Shown here piece after piece: positions 1 to 10,637 of a stretch of 64,000 nt of DNA. The position numbers and the translations under genes are program-made. Every line of letters begins with the position of its first letter. Position 1 is the first letter of the stretch. The notes below the pieces were generated by a model. It was not told the DNA's origin. It searched no databases and saw only the letters and a program-made list of their open reading frames with translations. This DNA is from an uncultured Acidobacteriota bacterium. GTDB taxonomy: Bacteria > Acidobacteriota > Terriglobia > Acidiferrales > UBA7541. Where the stretch lies: positions 274,828 through 338,827 of the forward strand of contig CAVULY010000008.1 of NCBI GenBank assembly GCA_963742475.1. Reading direction: 5' to 3'.

Positions 1-171
1 ACGGCGCGCGCCACTCCTGAACTTGAGCGCGAAACTCACGACATCCTTGCGCGCACGGTGATCGAACTGAAAGATCAGACGTTTCAGGTGGTGCATATTG
101 AATGTGTCTCTGCGCAGGACGGCTCAGTGCTCTACTACGACGTCACCGTGCACCCGTCGCCGCTGATGTAA
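1..171 (+). CDS. 3' end of an unidentified CDS (start lies outside the window)
   Basis: Frame 1 is open from the window edge to TAA at 169-171 (...VIELKDQTFQVVHIECVSAQDGSVLYYDVTVHPSPLM*). No family recognised. Confidence 0.35.
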   Translation, partial: TARATPELERETHDILARTVIELKDQTFQVVHIECVSAQDGSVLYYDVTVHPSPLM

Positions 172-243
172 CATTTTCTCCCCGCCCAAGAACCGGCTTG
201 GAACCTGCCAGGTGGTCCTAAGCGTCTAACTAGCTGTAGTATT

Positions 244-997
244 GTGAGCGCTTCTTTAACGGGTGGCCGTTCTGATGGGGGACATGATTTGATCGTAAAA
301 CGCTTGATATCGGGGATTGCGCTGATCGGCTTCATTTCTTTGGTGTGCGTGAGGGCGTGGCCTGGGGCTGGACAAAACCACAGCCCTGCCACGCTCGAGA
401 GCACTCTGAGGGAGCTTGATCTTTCGGCAAAAGGATTTCACAGCCTCTCAGCGGATGTGGAACGCACGAAAGTTACGGTCGTCGTGAATGACCGCTCCAC
501 CGAAAGCGGCACCATCCTGGTGCACGACGACAAAATGCTGCTGGAAATGAAGCCGCCCGATGCGCGAACGATTCTGCGCACGGGCGACAACCTCTACATT
601 TACAACCCAGGTCTGAAACGCGTGGAAGAATACAATTTGGCGCAGCATCGCGCCCAGGTGGATCAATATCTTTTGCTCGGGTTTGGCACGCAGGGGAAGG
701 AACTTCAGAAGTCGTACCTGGTGACGTTTCTCGGGTGAGCCGACGCTGGACGATCGAAAGACGGTGGAGCTGGAATTGACTCCGAAATCTCAGGAAGCGC
801 GGAATCAGATTTCGAAGATTCAGATCTGGTTCGACCAGTCTTCGTGGCTTCCAGTGCAGCAGCAATTTAATGAGACCGGTTCCGGGGATTATTTCATCAT
901 TCGCTATTCACGAATCGTGCGGAACCCCGATCTGGGCGACGCGCATTTCAAGCCGCACTGGCCCAAGGGCACTGAGAAAGTGAAACCGCAGGGCTAG
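244..997 (+). pseudogene. LolA-like outer-membrane lipoprotein carrier/sorting protein, split by a frameshift
   Basis: ORF 244-738 ends ...KSYLVTFLG*. The next frame continues GEPTLDDRKTVELELTPKSQEARNQISKIQIWFDQSSWLPVQQQF... (ORF 764-997). Together they read as one LolA-like protein with a hydrophobic N-terminus. The break is at the GGG run 733-735. The start may be TTG at 289. Confidence 0.6.
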
Positions 998-1030
998 GGT
1001 CCATTTCAGGGACTATTGCGCTGATTCTTG

Positions 1031-2185
1031 CTACTTCTTTTCAGCGCGCCCGGCTGATTCGTGTTCCAGCAGCGCGCGTTTGCGTTCCAGCCCCCAGCGG
1101 TAGCCGGCCAGGTTGCCGTCTTCCCGCACCACGCGATGGCACGGCACGACGACGGACACTGGATTCGTCGCGCAGGCTCGGGCCACGGCTCGGATTGCTT
1201 TTGGTTTGCCGATCGAGCGCGCGACCTGGCTGTACGTGCGCGTGGCGCCGTAGGGAATCTTACGCAATTCTTCCCACACTCGCCGTTGAAACGCGGTGGC
1301 CTGCACGTCAGTAGGCAGATCGAGATTCGGTTCTCGCCCGCGCAAGTGTTCCAGAATTTTGCTCACCCAGCCTTCCAGGCCATTTCTGTCGCGCTGGATT
1401 TCGGCGCGCGGATATTCCTTGCGCAAGGATTGTTCCAGCGGCGCGTCTTCTTTCCCCAGATACAGCGCGCTGATGCCGCGGTCGGTTGCGGCGACGAGCA
1501 ATCGCCCCAGCGGCGAGCTTACGATGGTGTAATGGATTTTCATTCCCGCGCCGCCCTGGCGGTAGGTTGCCGGCGTCATTCCCAATTGCGTGGGAGCGCG
1601 TTCGTACAAACGGCTGCTGGAGCCAAATCCTGCGTCGTAAAGTGCGGTGGTCACGTCGTCTCCTTTTTTCAATCTGGATTTCAGCCGGCGCATCCGGCGG
1701 GCATCGGCATACTGCCTGGGAGATATTCCCATCACGCTGCGAAAGGCGCGCTCGAGTTGATGCGCGCTCATTCCGGCGACTGAACTCAGAGCGCCGAGCG
1801 TCAGACGCGCCTCACTCGCATCGCCAAGCGCAGACTTGCTGCCGTCCGAGTCAATGTGCGCCTCAATTTCCCGGCACACCTTCGCCACGGCCGCTGCGCG
1901 CGGGTCGCGCAAACGAGCCAGGCGCGGGCGGCACCTGAGGCACGCGCGGAATCCATTCTGCTCCGCGGCTTCCGGCAGCGAAAAAAACTGCACTTGCTCG
2001 CGCATCGGTTTCCGTGAAGCGCAGGACGGCCGGCAGTAGATCCCTGTGGAGCGCACCGCGTATACAAACGCGCCATCCGCGCCGCGGTCGCGCGTTTGCA
2101 CGGCGTGCCACCACTTTTCGTTTGGCTGCAGCGCGCGTGCGCCGGCAAAGTGCGAATTGGAAGTTCTGGTCATCAACTCGATCAT
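1031..2185 (-). CDS. ada: Bifunctional Ada-type regulator / methylated-DNA-protein-cysteine methyltransferase
   Basis: N-terminal Ada Zn-binding pattern (YCRPSC...GFRACLRCRP), central AraC-type HTH region, and C-terminal MGMT active site VVPCHRVV. Confidence 0.85.
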   Translation of the reverse strand: MIELMTRTSNSHFAGARALQPNEKWWHAVQTRDRGADGAFVYAVRSTGIYCRPSCASRKPMREQVQFFSLPEAAEQNGFRACLRCRPRLARLRDPRAAAVAKVCREIEAHIDSDGSKSALGDASEARLTLGALSSVAGMSAHQLERAFRSVMGISPRQYADARRMRRLKSRLKKGDDVTTALYDAGFGSSSRLYERAPTQLGMTPATYRQGGAGMKIHYTIVSSPLGRLLVAATDRGISALYLGKEDAPLEQSLRKEYPRAEIQRDRNGLEGWVSKILEHLRGREPNLDLPTDVQATAFQRRVWEELRKIPYGATRTYSQVARSIGKPKAIRAVARACATNPVSVVVPCHRVVREDGNLAGYRWGLERKRALLEHESAGRAEKK

Positions 2186-2474
2186 TGTTTGGGCCTCGCT
2201 TCGAACTCCAAAGTAGCGAAACCCAAACGAAGCCGCTATCCGTTTCTCTCGCGCTAATTCGATGCGAAAAATCTCGAGCGGTGCGGCAAAAAATATTTAA
2301 AGCGCCGCAGGCGAACGCCCTTTCGCTTTCGGTTGTGTTTCGTGTGCAGCGAACAAACCACAAACGACAAATTTCAGCACTTCGATCCGGGCTACAGCCG
2401 CAACTCCCGCAAAATCATAGCTATCTGACCGACCCCCGGGTGTTGCATAATACGGCACCAGCCCATCACTTCCC

Positions 2475-2503
2475 TTGACGCGCTTGCTTACTCCGCGCAT
2501 ATT
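2475..2503 (+). promoter_or_regulatory. Candidate sigma70-type promoter for the PilZ gene
   Basis: TTGACG (2475-2480), 17-nt spacer, CATATT (2498-2503), about 50 nt upstream of the ATG at 2552. Sequence match only. Confidence 0.3.
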
Positions 2504-2551
2504 CGGTCTACTGGCAGGGGGGAAGTTTAGGCTGTTCTTGGGGGATAGTAC

Positions 2552-3049
2552 ATGGGGGCTGCTCCGGATTGGAAGGGGCCGCGGTCGGTGGTGTCGCCGC
2601 TGCGTGAAGTTGAAAGCCACACAGTAAGCGTTGCATCTCCAGCAGGGAAGCCTGGGCCACAGCGATTCGCGCGAGTTCCCACGCACGCCATTGGCGTTGC
2701 GCGGGAACGCCGCAACAATCCGCGCGCGTCACTTTCGCTGCCGCTTCGTCTCACGCGGGTGGGCGAACATCTCGAACCCATTCCGGTCACGCTCGTAACC
2801 CGCAATATCAGCTCGAGTGGCGTTTATTTCCTCGCACCGCGCGATTTTGAGCCGGGCACGGCGATCGAGCTGGAAGTGGCGCTGATCGAACGGCCGCTGG
2901 GCCAGGGCAGCGTTCAGATGTGCACCGCTGCGCACATCGTGCGCGCCGAAGAAGTGGATATGCCTGGCTGGCGCGGTTACGCCGCCACTTTCGATGATTT
3001 CGCGCTGCGGCGCGACGACATCGTCCCGCTGCGCTATCGCAGCCACTAA
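2552..3049 (+). CDS. PilZ domain protein (putative c-di-GMP receptor)
   Basis: RERRNNPRASLSL...TRNISSSGVYF...GTAIELEV pattern (RxxxR ... D/NxSxxG) typical of PilZ. The exact start is uncertain. Confidence 0.6.
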   Translation: MGAAPDWKGPRSVVSPLREVESHTVSVASPAGKPGPQRFARVPTHAIGVARERRNNPRASLSLPLRLTRVGEHLEPIPVTLVTRNISSSGVYFLAPRDFEPGTAIELEVALIERPLGQGSVQMCTAAHIVRAEEVDMPGWRGYAATFDDFALRRDDIVPLRYRSH

Positions 3050-3163
3050 AGTCAGCGAAGCGATTCGCACGCGGTCGCCCGAAGATCTCACTCGTCGTCT
3101 GCTCAGATTATTCGCGCGCAGGCGTTTATCCCCATAGCCGCCGTCTGATACGATTCCCTCGCC

Positions 3164-3815
3164 GTGAAAATCGCACAATTCTCCGCGCGCGCAGTCCTTT
3201 TCGACTGGGACGGCACGCTGCTGAACTCCTACGAAGCGGACCTGCGCGCCTATGTCTCGATGTTTCGCGCGCTCGGAATCGATTGGAACGAGCGCGATCT
3301 CGCGCGGCACTATTCTCCCAATTGGCTGCGCGTTTACCGCGCGGCTCGGCTGCCGCGCTCGAAATGGAGCGAAGCCGACCGCCTGTGGACCCGCGCCTAC
3401 AAAAGTGAAAATCCTCCGCTGCTCGCTGGAGCGCGCCGCGTGGTACGGCTGCTCGCGAGGAAATTTGATCTCGGCATCGTCACCAGCGGGAATCGCCCGC
3501 GGGTTCGCCGCCAGCTTCGCGAGCTACGACCTCGCGAGTTATTTCTCCGCGTGCGTGTGCAGCGAGGACGCCGCGAAAAGGAAGCCGCATCCGGCACCGC
3601 TGCAACTGGCGCTGAAGCGACTGCGCCGCGATCCGGAACATTGCGTGTACGTTGGCGACACGGCGGAAGACATCGAAATGGCGCGCAGCGCCGGCGTGCG
3701 CGCCATCGGTGTCCTCGGCCCGTTTCCCACCGCCGCTCGCTTGCGCGCCGCCAGGCCTGAAGTCATTCTGAATTCAGTTGCGGAACTTCCGAAGTATTTG
3801 CGCACGATTTCGTGA
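3164..3815 (+). pseudogene. HAD-IA family hydrolase (phosphoglycolate-phosphatase-like), frameshifted
   Basis: Motif I (VLFDWDGTLLNS) and motif II (GIVTSGN) are in ORF 3164-3760. Motifs III/IV (KRKPHPAPL..., VYVGDTAEDIEMARSAGV) are in ORF 3252-3815. The frames switch near 3521-3526 (RQLRE / YDLASYFSACV). Confidence 0.7.
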
Positions 3816-3849
3816 CACCGCCAGATTGGTGGCGTTGGATCGCGAGCAA

Positions 3850-4773
3850 TCAGCGGTGCGGCGAGGATATCGGAACGCTCGAGGATGAGCCCGGATCAGA
3901 TGCTGGCGGCGCCGCAGCGGCACCTGCGGGTCCAGGCGCCGGCGTGTGCACCTTGAAATCGGTGGAGTGGACCACCAGCCGCAGCGGCAGCTCATCATTC
4001 TGTTCGCTCTTGAAATAATCATCGGAGCGGGTGTAAGTGGGCAGCCAATACTTGCCCTGGAAATTCTCGCGATAGGTTTCGAACATGGTGAAGGGCAGCG
4101 CCGTGCCGTTGCCCTCGAGCTCGCTTACGAATTTTCCGTAACTCTTCACGATCGCGAAATCGTGATCGTCAATCCAGATCACGCCTTCGAAATAGCGCTT
4201 CTTGCGGCTCAGCGTCTTCGGTTTCACCTGGAAAATATAAGTGTTCAGCTGGTCCAGTTTTTCCTGGCCTGCGTATTTAAAATTGTAGTTCGCGATTTCG
4301 TCGGTGGTCAGCGGAAACTCGGGCAGGCCGGCGATCACGCGCACGTCCTCCAGCGAGAAGTGCATCAGCTTCAAGGTGGATTCCGCCGGCTTGGTCGCGC
4401 GCATGTAGCGCAGCCCGTCCGCCTTCATATAGACTTCGCTGGTCACGCTGAACTTGCCGCCGGGGTCGTACAGCTCGTCCAAGCGGATGGTTTGCGTGAA
4501 GTCGTAGGTGTCGTACACTTTTTTCATCACGTCTTCATTCGCTGCGAATCTCTGGATGATCTCTTCCACCGGCACGGGCGGCGGCCCCGGATGCGGCTCC
4601 GCCGGAATGCGCTCCACTTTGAATGTTGGTGGCGGAGCTTGCGGGCCGGGGTCCTGGGCGAGCAGTGGCGTGCTGGCGACGAACAGGGCTGCCAGAGCGA
4701 TCACTGCTTTGGGCAGCGCGGTTGCGTGCGTCGTCAATCGCAGATGTCGGGGCATCTTGAAATGTTCTGGCAC
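3850..4773 (-). CDS. Secreted conserved protein of unknown function (LolA-like-fold family suspected)
   Basis: Signal peptide (AVIALAALFVASTPLLAQ). Shares GVIWID...WLPTY blocks with the 48901-50466 protein. Confidence 0.5.
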   Translation of the reverse strand: MPEHFKMPRHLRLTTHATALPKAVIALAALFVASTPLLAQDPGPQAPPPTFKVERIPAEPHPGPPPVPVEEIIQRFAANEDVMKKVYDTYDFTQTIRLDELYDPGGKFSVTSEVYMKADGLRYMRATKPAESTLKLMHFSLEDVRVIAGLPEFPLTTDEIANYNFKYAGQEKLDQLNTYIFQVKPKTLSRKKRYFEGVIWIDDHDFAIVKSYGKFVSELEGNGTALPFTMFETYRENFQGKYWLPTYTRSDDYFKSEQNDELPLRLVVHSTDFKVHTPAPGPAGAAAAPPASDPGSSSSVPISSPHR

Positions 4774-4991
4774 AGTTGTTTGGATGCGAACTTAGCGCTC
4801 TGCGTCTATTCTCGGCCGTCGGTCGTGCGAGCCAACGATCATCGTAGTCCCCATCCTTGCGCATTTTATCGCGGTCCGGGGAAATACAGCAGCGGCATCG
4901 AAGGCTAAGCAACCGGCGCGAAATTCGCGACCTGTGCTCGTCGTGGCTCTGTTAAAATCACGCGTTTGCGGATTGCGCTTCCGCACCGGCC

Positions 4992-5288
4992 ATGACAGAT
5001 ACGCTGCACGCTCGCGAGTCCAGACGATATTTCGTCAGTGGCATGGTGCAGGGAGTCGGATATAGATATTTCGCCCGGCGCATGGCGCAGCGCCTGGGAC
5101 TTGACGGCTATGCGAGAAACTTGCCTGATGGCCGCGTGGAGGTTTACGCCGTCGGCAGCGCTTCCAGGCTCGGCGAATTCCGCTCGGAGCTGGAGCGCGG
5201 GCCTCAAGGAGCCTCGGTCACAGGCGTCGCAGAGGAAGAAGCGGCGCTGAACTCTGAATTCGCGAAGGGATTTTCGATCGAATACTGA
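4992..5288 (+). CDS. acyP: Acylphosphatase
   Basis: [13 protein letters not shown]...[13 protein letters not shown] signature; 98 aa. Confidence 0.85.
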   Translation: MTDTLHARESRRYFVSGMVQGVGYRYFARRMAQRLGLDGYARNLPDGRVEVYAVGSASRLGEFRSELERGPQGASVTGVAEEEAALNSEFAKGFSIEY

Positions 5289-5368
5289 AGCGCGGGACTG
5301 CAATCCGCTTTTCAGCCAAATGTTTTGGTTTGCCGGCGCGCAAACGCACCAACCAACGAGGGAAAAGA

Positions 5369-5890
5369 ATGAACGACCTGAAAGCGCTGATCCGCGAAAT
5401 CCCCGATTATCCAAAACCGGGAATTCTGTTCTACGACCTCACCACCCTGCTGAAGAATCCGGCCGGTTTCCATTCGCTGGTTGATCAGCTCTGCGAACAA
5501 TACAACGGGACCAAAGTGGATATCGTCGCCGGCATCGAAGCGCGCGGATTTATTTTCGCTCCCGCGCTGGCCTATCGCCTCGGCGCCGGATTTGTTCCAG
5601 TGCGCAAACCGAAAAAGCTTCCCGGGAAAACTACTTCAGTCACCTATCAGCTCGAATACGGCAGCGACCAGCTGGAACTCCACGAAGATGCCATCAAGCC
5701 CGGGCAAACCGTACTGATTTGCGACGATCTGCTGGCTACCGGTGGAACCGCCGCAGCCACCGTCAAGCTCATCGAGCAACTCGGCGGCAAAGTCGCCGGC
5801 GCAGCCTTCGCCGTCGAGCTCACTTTCCTCAATGGCCGCGCCAAGCTCCCCGGCGTCCATGTGTTTTCGCTGCTGAAGTACGACAAATAG
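5369..5890 (+). CDS. apt: Adenine phosphoribosyltransferase
   Basis: [28 protein letters not shown]... and PRPP-binding [16 protein letters not shown] at 5369 chosen inside ORF 5330-5890. Confidence 0.9.
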   Translation: MNDLKALIREIPDYPKPGILFYDLTTLLKNPAGFHSLVDQLCEQYNGTKVDIVAGIEARGFIFAPALAYRLGAGFVPVRKPKKLPGKTTSVTYQLEYGSDQLELHEDAIKPGQTVLICDDLLATGGTAAATVKLIEQLGGKVAGAAFAVELTFLNGRAKLPGVHVFSLLKYDK

Positions 5891-5976
5891 ATTGCCCGTG
5901 TAGGATGAATCGCGGATCGCTAATCTAATGACCGAAGATGTGGAAGGGTTTGAGCAGTTATCTCTTTCAGGTTTTA

Positions 5977-6759
5977 TCAGTGTTCATCTGCGTTCATCTG
6001 TGGTGCCTTTGACTTGCTGTCCCGCGCCGATCCGCGATTTCCTAGACGCTGCCGCACCACTTCAAACAACATCACCCCCGCCGCAACGGAAACGTTGAGC
6101 GACTTCACCGGGCCAGCCGTGGGCAATGACACCAGAAAATCGCAGCGCTTGCGCGTCAATTCGTGCAGACCTTCGCCTTCGCTCCCGAGCACGATTCCGA
6201 TGGAACCCTTGAGATCCACTTCCGTATAACTTTTCTCCGCGCGTTCATCGAGGCCCACCAGCCAATAGCCGGCTTCTTTCATCTCTTCCATCGCGCGCAC
6301 CAGATTTTTCACCCGCGCAATCGGCAGATGCGCCAGCGCTCCGGCCGACGCACGCTCCACCGTATCAGTCAGGCCCGCCGCGCGGCGCTCCGGAATCACC
6401 ACGCCGTTCGCGCCAGCCGCGAGCGCCGTGCGCACAATCGCGCCCAGGTTATGCGGGTCCTCAATGCCATCGAGCAGCACCAGCAATCCCTGCGGCGTCT
6501 GCGCAGCGAGCAAATCCTCCAGACCCATCGCCGGTTTAGCCGCTCCCAGCGCCGCCACTCCCTGGTGCTCGCGCGTCCCCACCAGGCGGTCAATCTGCAC
6601 GCGATCTTCAAACCGCACCGGAACGCCCTTGGCCTTCGCCAGCTGCACCACGGCCTCCACGCGCTCTCCGTGGCGCCCGCGCGCGATGACGATGCGGTCC
6701 AGCGCCCGCCCGGCCGCCAGCGCCTCTTCGACAGCATGAAATCCCGTGAGCCAGTTCAT
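5977..6759 (-). CDS. rlmB: 23S rRNA (guanosine-2'-O)-methyltransferase, RlmB/TrmH (SpoU) family
   Basis: SpoU substrate-binding N-terminus (GFHAVEEAL) and SpoU methylase motifs (LLDGIEDPHNLGAIVRTA, GSEGEGL, SLNVSVAAGV). The start could also be 6801. Confidence 0.8.
   Translation of the reverse strand: MNWLTGFHAVEEALAAGRALDRIVIARGRHGERVEAVVQLAKAKGVPVRFEDRVQIDRLVGTREHQGVAALGAAKPAMGLEDLLAAQTPQGLLVLLDGIEDPHNLGAIVRTALAAGANGVVIPERRAAGLTDTVERASAGALAHLPIARVKNLVRAMEEMKEAGYWLVGLDERAEKSYTEVDLKGSIGIVLGSEGEGLHELTRKRCDFLVSLPTAGPVKSLNVSVAAGVMLFEVVRQRLGNRGSARDSKSKAPQMNADEH
5982..6000. repeat. Tandem GTTCATCTG x2 (period 10) within the last codons of rlmB
   Basis: gttcatctg c gttcatctg read directly; it encodes the C-terminal tail ...QMNADEH. 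Confidence 0.7.
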
Positions 6760-6824
6760 CTTTATTCCGTCAGTTCCGGCGCCGTATGCAGGCCCGGCCA
6801 AATCGCATCACTTCCTGTTTTATG

Positions 6825-6860
6825 TTTTCTCTGCGAACTCTGCGTCTCTGCGGTGAAATC
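6825..6860. repeat. Intergenic CTCTGCG tandem motif (TTTTCTCTGCG..CTCTGCG.CTCTGCGGTGAAATC)
   Basis: Three CTCTGCG copies between the rlmB start and the ispF stop. Same architecture as at 26448-26497 and 54451-54476. Confidence 0.75.
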
Positions 6861-7332
6861 AACCTTCCAACGTGGCTATGGTGTGCGCCGCAATCGCTTC
6901 GCCGCGTCCGATTTCGCCTGTGCCTTCATTGGTCTTCGCTTTCAAATTGATCTGCGCTTCCGCGATGCCCAACGATTTCGCCAGCGCCGCGCGCATGGCA
7001 GGGAAGTGCGGCCCCAATTTCGGCCGTTCGCAGATCACCACCGCGTCCAGATGACTGATGCGCAGCTTGCGCTCGTCGAGCAACTTCCGCGTGTGCTCCA
7101 AAAACAGAAGGCTCGCCGCGCCCTTCCACTTCGGGTCGGTGTCCGGGAAATGCGTGCCAATGTCGCCGAGGCTCGCCGCTCCCAGCAGCGCGTCGCACAA
7201 AGCGTGCGCCAGCACATCGCCGTCAGAGTGCCCCACCGAGCCTTTGTCGAACGGCACTTCGATCCCGCCGATCATCAGCTTTCGCCCTGCGGCGAGCCGG
7301 TGCAGATCGTAACCAATTCCCGAACGCGTCAT
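6859..7332 (-). CDS. ispF: 2-C-methyl-D-erythritol 2,4-cyclodiphosphate synthase
   Basis: GIGYDLHRL...GHSDGDVLAHAL...LGDIGTHFPDTDP motifs; 157 aa. Confidence 0.9.
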   Translation of the reverse strand: MTRSGIGYDLHRLAAGRKLMIGGIEVPFDKGSVGHSDGDVLAHALCDALLGAASLGDIGTHFPDTDPKWKGAASLLFLEHTRKLLDERKLRISHLDAVVICERPKLGPHFPAMRAALAKSLGIAEAQINLKAKTNEGTGEIGRGEAIAAHTIATLEG

Positions 7333-7378
7333 TGCGCTTCCTTAATTCCGAGATTGAACTTCTTCCGGGGAGAAATCA

Positions 7379-8098
7379 TCAGCGTGGCGTTTTGCGTTCC
7401 TGCTCCAGATAGAACCGTGCCAGGTCCATGTCCGCCGGCCGCGTGATTTTGAAATTTCGCTCGGAGCCGAGCACCACGAACACGTCGTGCCCGAATCGCT
7501 CCACCAACGCCGATTCATCCGACGCCAGCACGCCGTCCGTTTGCGCCTTGCGGAACGCATCGCGCAGCAGTGCATAGGAAAACGCCTGCGGCGTCTGCGC
7601 CAACACAATCCGCTCGCGAGGAATCGTGGTGGTGATCAGCGCCATATCTTCCGGCAGGGTCGCGCGCTTTACTTCTTTCACGGTATCGATCGCGGGAATT
7701 CCCAGAATCGCCGCGCCGCGCTTGCGCGCCTCTGCAATCACACGATCCAGCTGTTCCGGCGTCACAAACGGGCGCACGGCATCGTGCACCAGCACCACTT
7801 CAGTCGCGGGGTCCACCTGCGCCAGCGCGTTGGCCACCGACTGCTGGCGTGTATCGCCGCCATGCACCACACGCGCCGGCCGCCCCAACGCCGCCTTCGC
7901 AACTTTGTCCTGCAGGGACACCACATCGTCCGCGCGCGTGGAAACGAAGAAATCAGTGATGGCGCTGCAGGCGGCCAACCGGCGCAGCGTGAAAATCACC
8001 AGCGGCATTCCGTCCAGTTCCAGGAACTGCTTGGGCATTTCGGCGCCCATGCGGGTGCCCAGACCTGCGGCGGGAATAATAGCGGCGACTCGGCTCAT
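7379..8098 (-). CDS. ispD: 2-C-methyl-D-erythritol 4-phosphate cytidylyltransferase
   Basis: AAIIPAAGLGTRMG...KQFL N-terminal motif and VLVHDAVRPF. ATG at 8098 chosen inside ORF 7379-8143. Confidence 0.9.
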   Translation of the reverse strand: MSRVAAIIPAAGLGTRMGAEMPKQFLELDGMPLVIFTLRRLAACSAITDFFVSTRADDVVSLQDKVAKAALGRPARVVHGGDTRQQSVANALAQVDPATEVVLVHDAVRPFVTPEQLDRVIAEARKRGAAILGIPAIDTVKEVKRATLPEDMALITTTIPRERIVLAQTPQAFSYALLRDAFRKAQTDGVLASDESALVERFGHDVFVVLGSERNFKITRPADMDLARFYLEQERKTPR

Positions 8099-8201
8099 AA
8101 AGGGAGGACAGTCTATCGCAATCCAGCGGCCCAGCACACACACTCTTGTTTAATTGGGGATCGTAGCCGCAGTTTGCCGGCGCTTTGGAAGCTGCTGTTA
8201 C

Positions 8202-9440
8202 CTAGCCCCTGCCGGTCTCGGGGTACAACGGTCGCGCGGGCCGCTCCCCACCGGGAGTTGCGCCTTCGTTGGTTCGAGGAGTTGCTTGGGGTTCAGGGTG
8301 TGGCGCGTTCTGCGCCGCGACGCGCGGAATCTGCTGCTCGCCGCGCTCGTCGTAGCGGCCGAAGATCATTTTCCCCGCGGTGGTCTGATGAACGGAAGTG
8401 ACGGTGATGTCGATGGTCTTGTTGATCATTTTGCGCGCGCCATCCACCACCACCATGGTTCCATCGTCCAGATAGGCCACGCCCTGGTTGTATTCTTTTC
8501 CTTCGCGCAAGATGAAAACGCGCATGGTCTCGCCGGGCAGCACCACGGGCTTCAGCGCATTGGCCAGCTGATTCACATTCAGAATTTCGATGCCCTGCAG
8601 CGCGGCAACTTTATTCAAATTGAAATCGTTGGTGACGATTTTCGCGTCGTAGCGCTTGGCCAGCTCGATCAGCTTCAGGTCCACTTCCGGGATCTGCAGA
8701 AAATCGTCGTCGGCGATTTGCACTTCCAGGTGCGCCATCTTCTGGATGCGTTGCAGCACCTCGAGCCCGCGGCGTCCGCGTTGGCGCTTCAACGGGTCGG
8801 CAGAATCCGCAACCAGCTGCAGTTCGTGGAGCACGAACTGCGGAATGATTACGGTGCCGTCCAGAAATTGCGCGTCCGCGATGTCTGCCACGCGCCCGTC
8901 AATAATCACGCTGGTGTCCAGCACTTTGAACGAGTGCTTCAAGCTGCGCTCGCTGCCGAACAAACCGCCGAGCGCCTGCAGATTGAGCATGTCGCCCTTA
9001 TTCGCGCCCAGAATCAGCCCGATGTAGGCCATCACCAGGAACGCCGCCAGGCTGAAAAATGAACGGGTGCTCTCCGGCATGATGGTATGCGTGAGGATCA
9101 GGGAAGTGAGGTACGCGCCCAGCAGACCCAGGATTGATCCGATTGCCGCGCCAATCAGCCGGCGCAAGCTCGCGTGCCGCAGCCGCAGCTCGAAGAGGAT
9201 GACCGCCAAGCCAAAGAGAAGGCCGACCGCCGCGCCCGACTCATGGGACACACTGAACGGACGGAAGTGAAAGCCTGCCGCGACGCACACGGCCATGAAC
9301 ACGATTCGTATCCCCAGCATGTCCCAGAATGTGCCGACATGATCGTGCACAGCATGCGAACGCGATGCCAGCTTGCTGGGGGAGTCTTCGGGAGTTGCTA
9401 CTGCAGGAGGGCGATTCTGAGTCCCAGGGGTCCGCTGCAT
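8202..9440 (-). CDS. Membrane-anchored PIN + TRAM domain protein (YacL-like)
   Basis: N-terminal TM helices, PIN-like core (VLDTSVIIDGR...), C-terminal TRAM-like region. Classical position upstream of ispD-ispF. Confidence 0.75.
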   Translation of the reverse strand: MQRTPGTQNRPPAVATPEDSPSKLASRSHAVHDHVGTFWDMLGIRIVFMAVCVAAGFHFRPFSVSHESGAAVGLLFGLAVILFELRLRHASLRRLIGAAIGSILGLLGAYLTSLILTHTIMPESTRSFFSLAAFLVMAYIGLILGANKGDMLNLQALGGLFGSERSLKHSFKVLDTSVIIDGRVADIADAQFLDGTVIIPQFVLHELQLVADSADPLKRQRGRRGLEVLQRIQKMAHLEVQIADDDFLQIPEVDLKLIELAKRYDAKIVTNDFNLNKVAALQGIEILNVNQLANALKPVVLPGETMRVFILREGKEYNQGVAYLDDGTMVVVDGARKMINKTIDITVTSVHQTTAGKMIFGRYDERGEQQIPRVAAQNAPHPEPQATPRTNEGATPGGERPARPLYPETGRG

Positions 9441-9760
9441 ATTGCCGCCTTATAAATATGAATAAGACGAATCGCGCCCAAATGGTTCGTCTCAAGTTAT
9501 TTTTCCGGCCTATGAAATTTTGGAGCGCCCCGCCGGGATAAAGAGATCTGCCTTATGAAATCTTTATGATTTCGACAGTATAGCACCGCGCGGGAAGCCC
9601 CCGTCAACGAGCTAACATAATTAGACTATTGCACCGTTGAAAGGTTGGCAACGCGGTCCGGAAGGTCGGGAGAGCGAGGTGGTGGCCTGCGGAATGGGCC
9701 TCGTTCGAAAATAGAGGTCCTGCGCGTTAGATCGGCGGATACGCCAGGGCGGAATGCTGC

Positions 9761-10585
9761 TTATTTGATTTTTGCGACGCGCCCGGAGGTGGGAAATTTC
9801 TGGAACTGCAGAGCGTCGTGGCCCGGCACCACACGGTCCGGAGAGCCTGCGAGGTCAATCATCCGCGACTGTGCGGCAATGTTGGCGGGATGATCCGCGT
9901 CACTGAACGTGGCGCTGGCCAGGTGCGACGACAGGTTGAGATAAAAATAACAGTTGTCCGAGGCCAGCACGAAGGGGGGATTGCCGTCTACTTTGAGGTA
10001 TTGCGAAGCGTAGGTGTGACGCGCGCCGGTGTATGCGCGAATGCCGGGAAAGATTTCGACGTTATCGCCATCCACCAAGCGGATGCGGCCTTCGGTATTT
10101 AGTTTTACCAACTGCTCGGCGTCCTTCGGGTCAATGCCGCCGTGATCTCCGCCCGGCTGCCACGCGTCCATGGTGTAGTAGCGATATTCGTCCTTCTGAA
10201 TCCAGATATTTGCCTTCGGGAAAAGATCAATCCCGCCCATGTGGTCCCAGTGCGCATGGCTGATGACGATGTCCGTGACCTCGTCGGGCTTCACTCCGGC
10301 GGTTTCCACGGCTTGGTCCGGCCGCAAATAATCCTTCATCGGAAAATCTTTCAGGAAAGTGTCGCGATGAAATCCGCTGTCGAGCAGAATCGTGCGGCCA
10401 CCGCCGCGAATCAGCCAAACCACCATCGCTATGTCTATTTTCACGTCCTTGGGGCCGCCGACTACCAGCTCGGACACCGGCACGTCCGGAGCAGTCGCGT
10501 AGCGTATGGCTTGGATTGAATATTCAGGTGTCGCGGGCGCCCCGAGTAGTGAAGCGAACACAGCCACGATCAAGAATTGTTTCAT
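9761..10585 (-). CDS. Secreted MBL-fold metallo-hydrolase (lactonase-like)
   Basis: Signal peptide plus HxHxDH motif (ISHAHWDHMGG). Confidence 0.7.
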   Translation of the reverse strand: MKQFLIVAVFASLLGAPATPEYSIQAIRYATAPDVPVSELVVGGPKDVKIDIAMVVWLIRGGGRTILLDSGFHRDTFLKDFPMKDYLRPDQAVETAGVKPDEVTDIVISHAHWDHMGGIDLFPKANIWIQKDEYRYYTMDAWQPGGDHGGIDPKDAEQLVKLNTEGRIRLVDGDNVEIFPGIRAYTGARHTYASQYLKVDGNPPFVLASDNCYFYLNLSSHLASATFSDADHPANIAAQSRMIDLAGSPDRVVPGHDALQFQKFPTSGRVAKIK

Positions 10586-10637
10586 GCCGGCTCGATGATA
10601 CGGCGAACCGCGCGGACTTCAAGAGGGAAATGACGAA

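Noticed and set aside
9640-9760. SRP (4.5S) RNA-like stretch GGTCCGGAAGG in the yacL-like upstream spacer.
   Set aside because: The invariant AGGAAGCAGC side of helix 8 is missing, and the flanks do not form the long closing helix.
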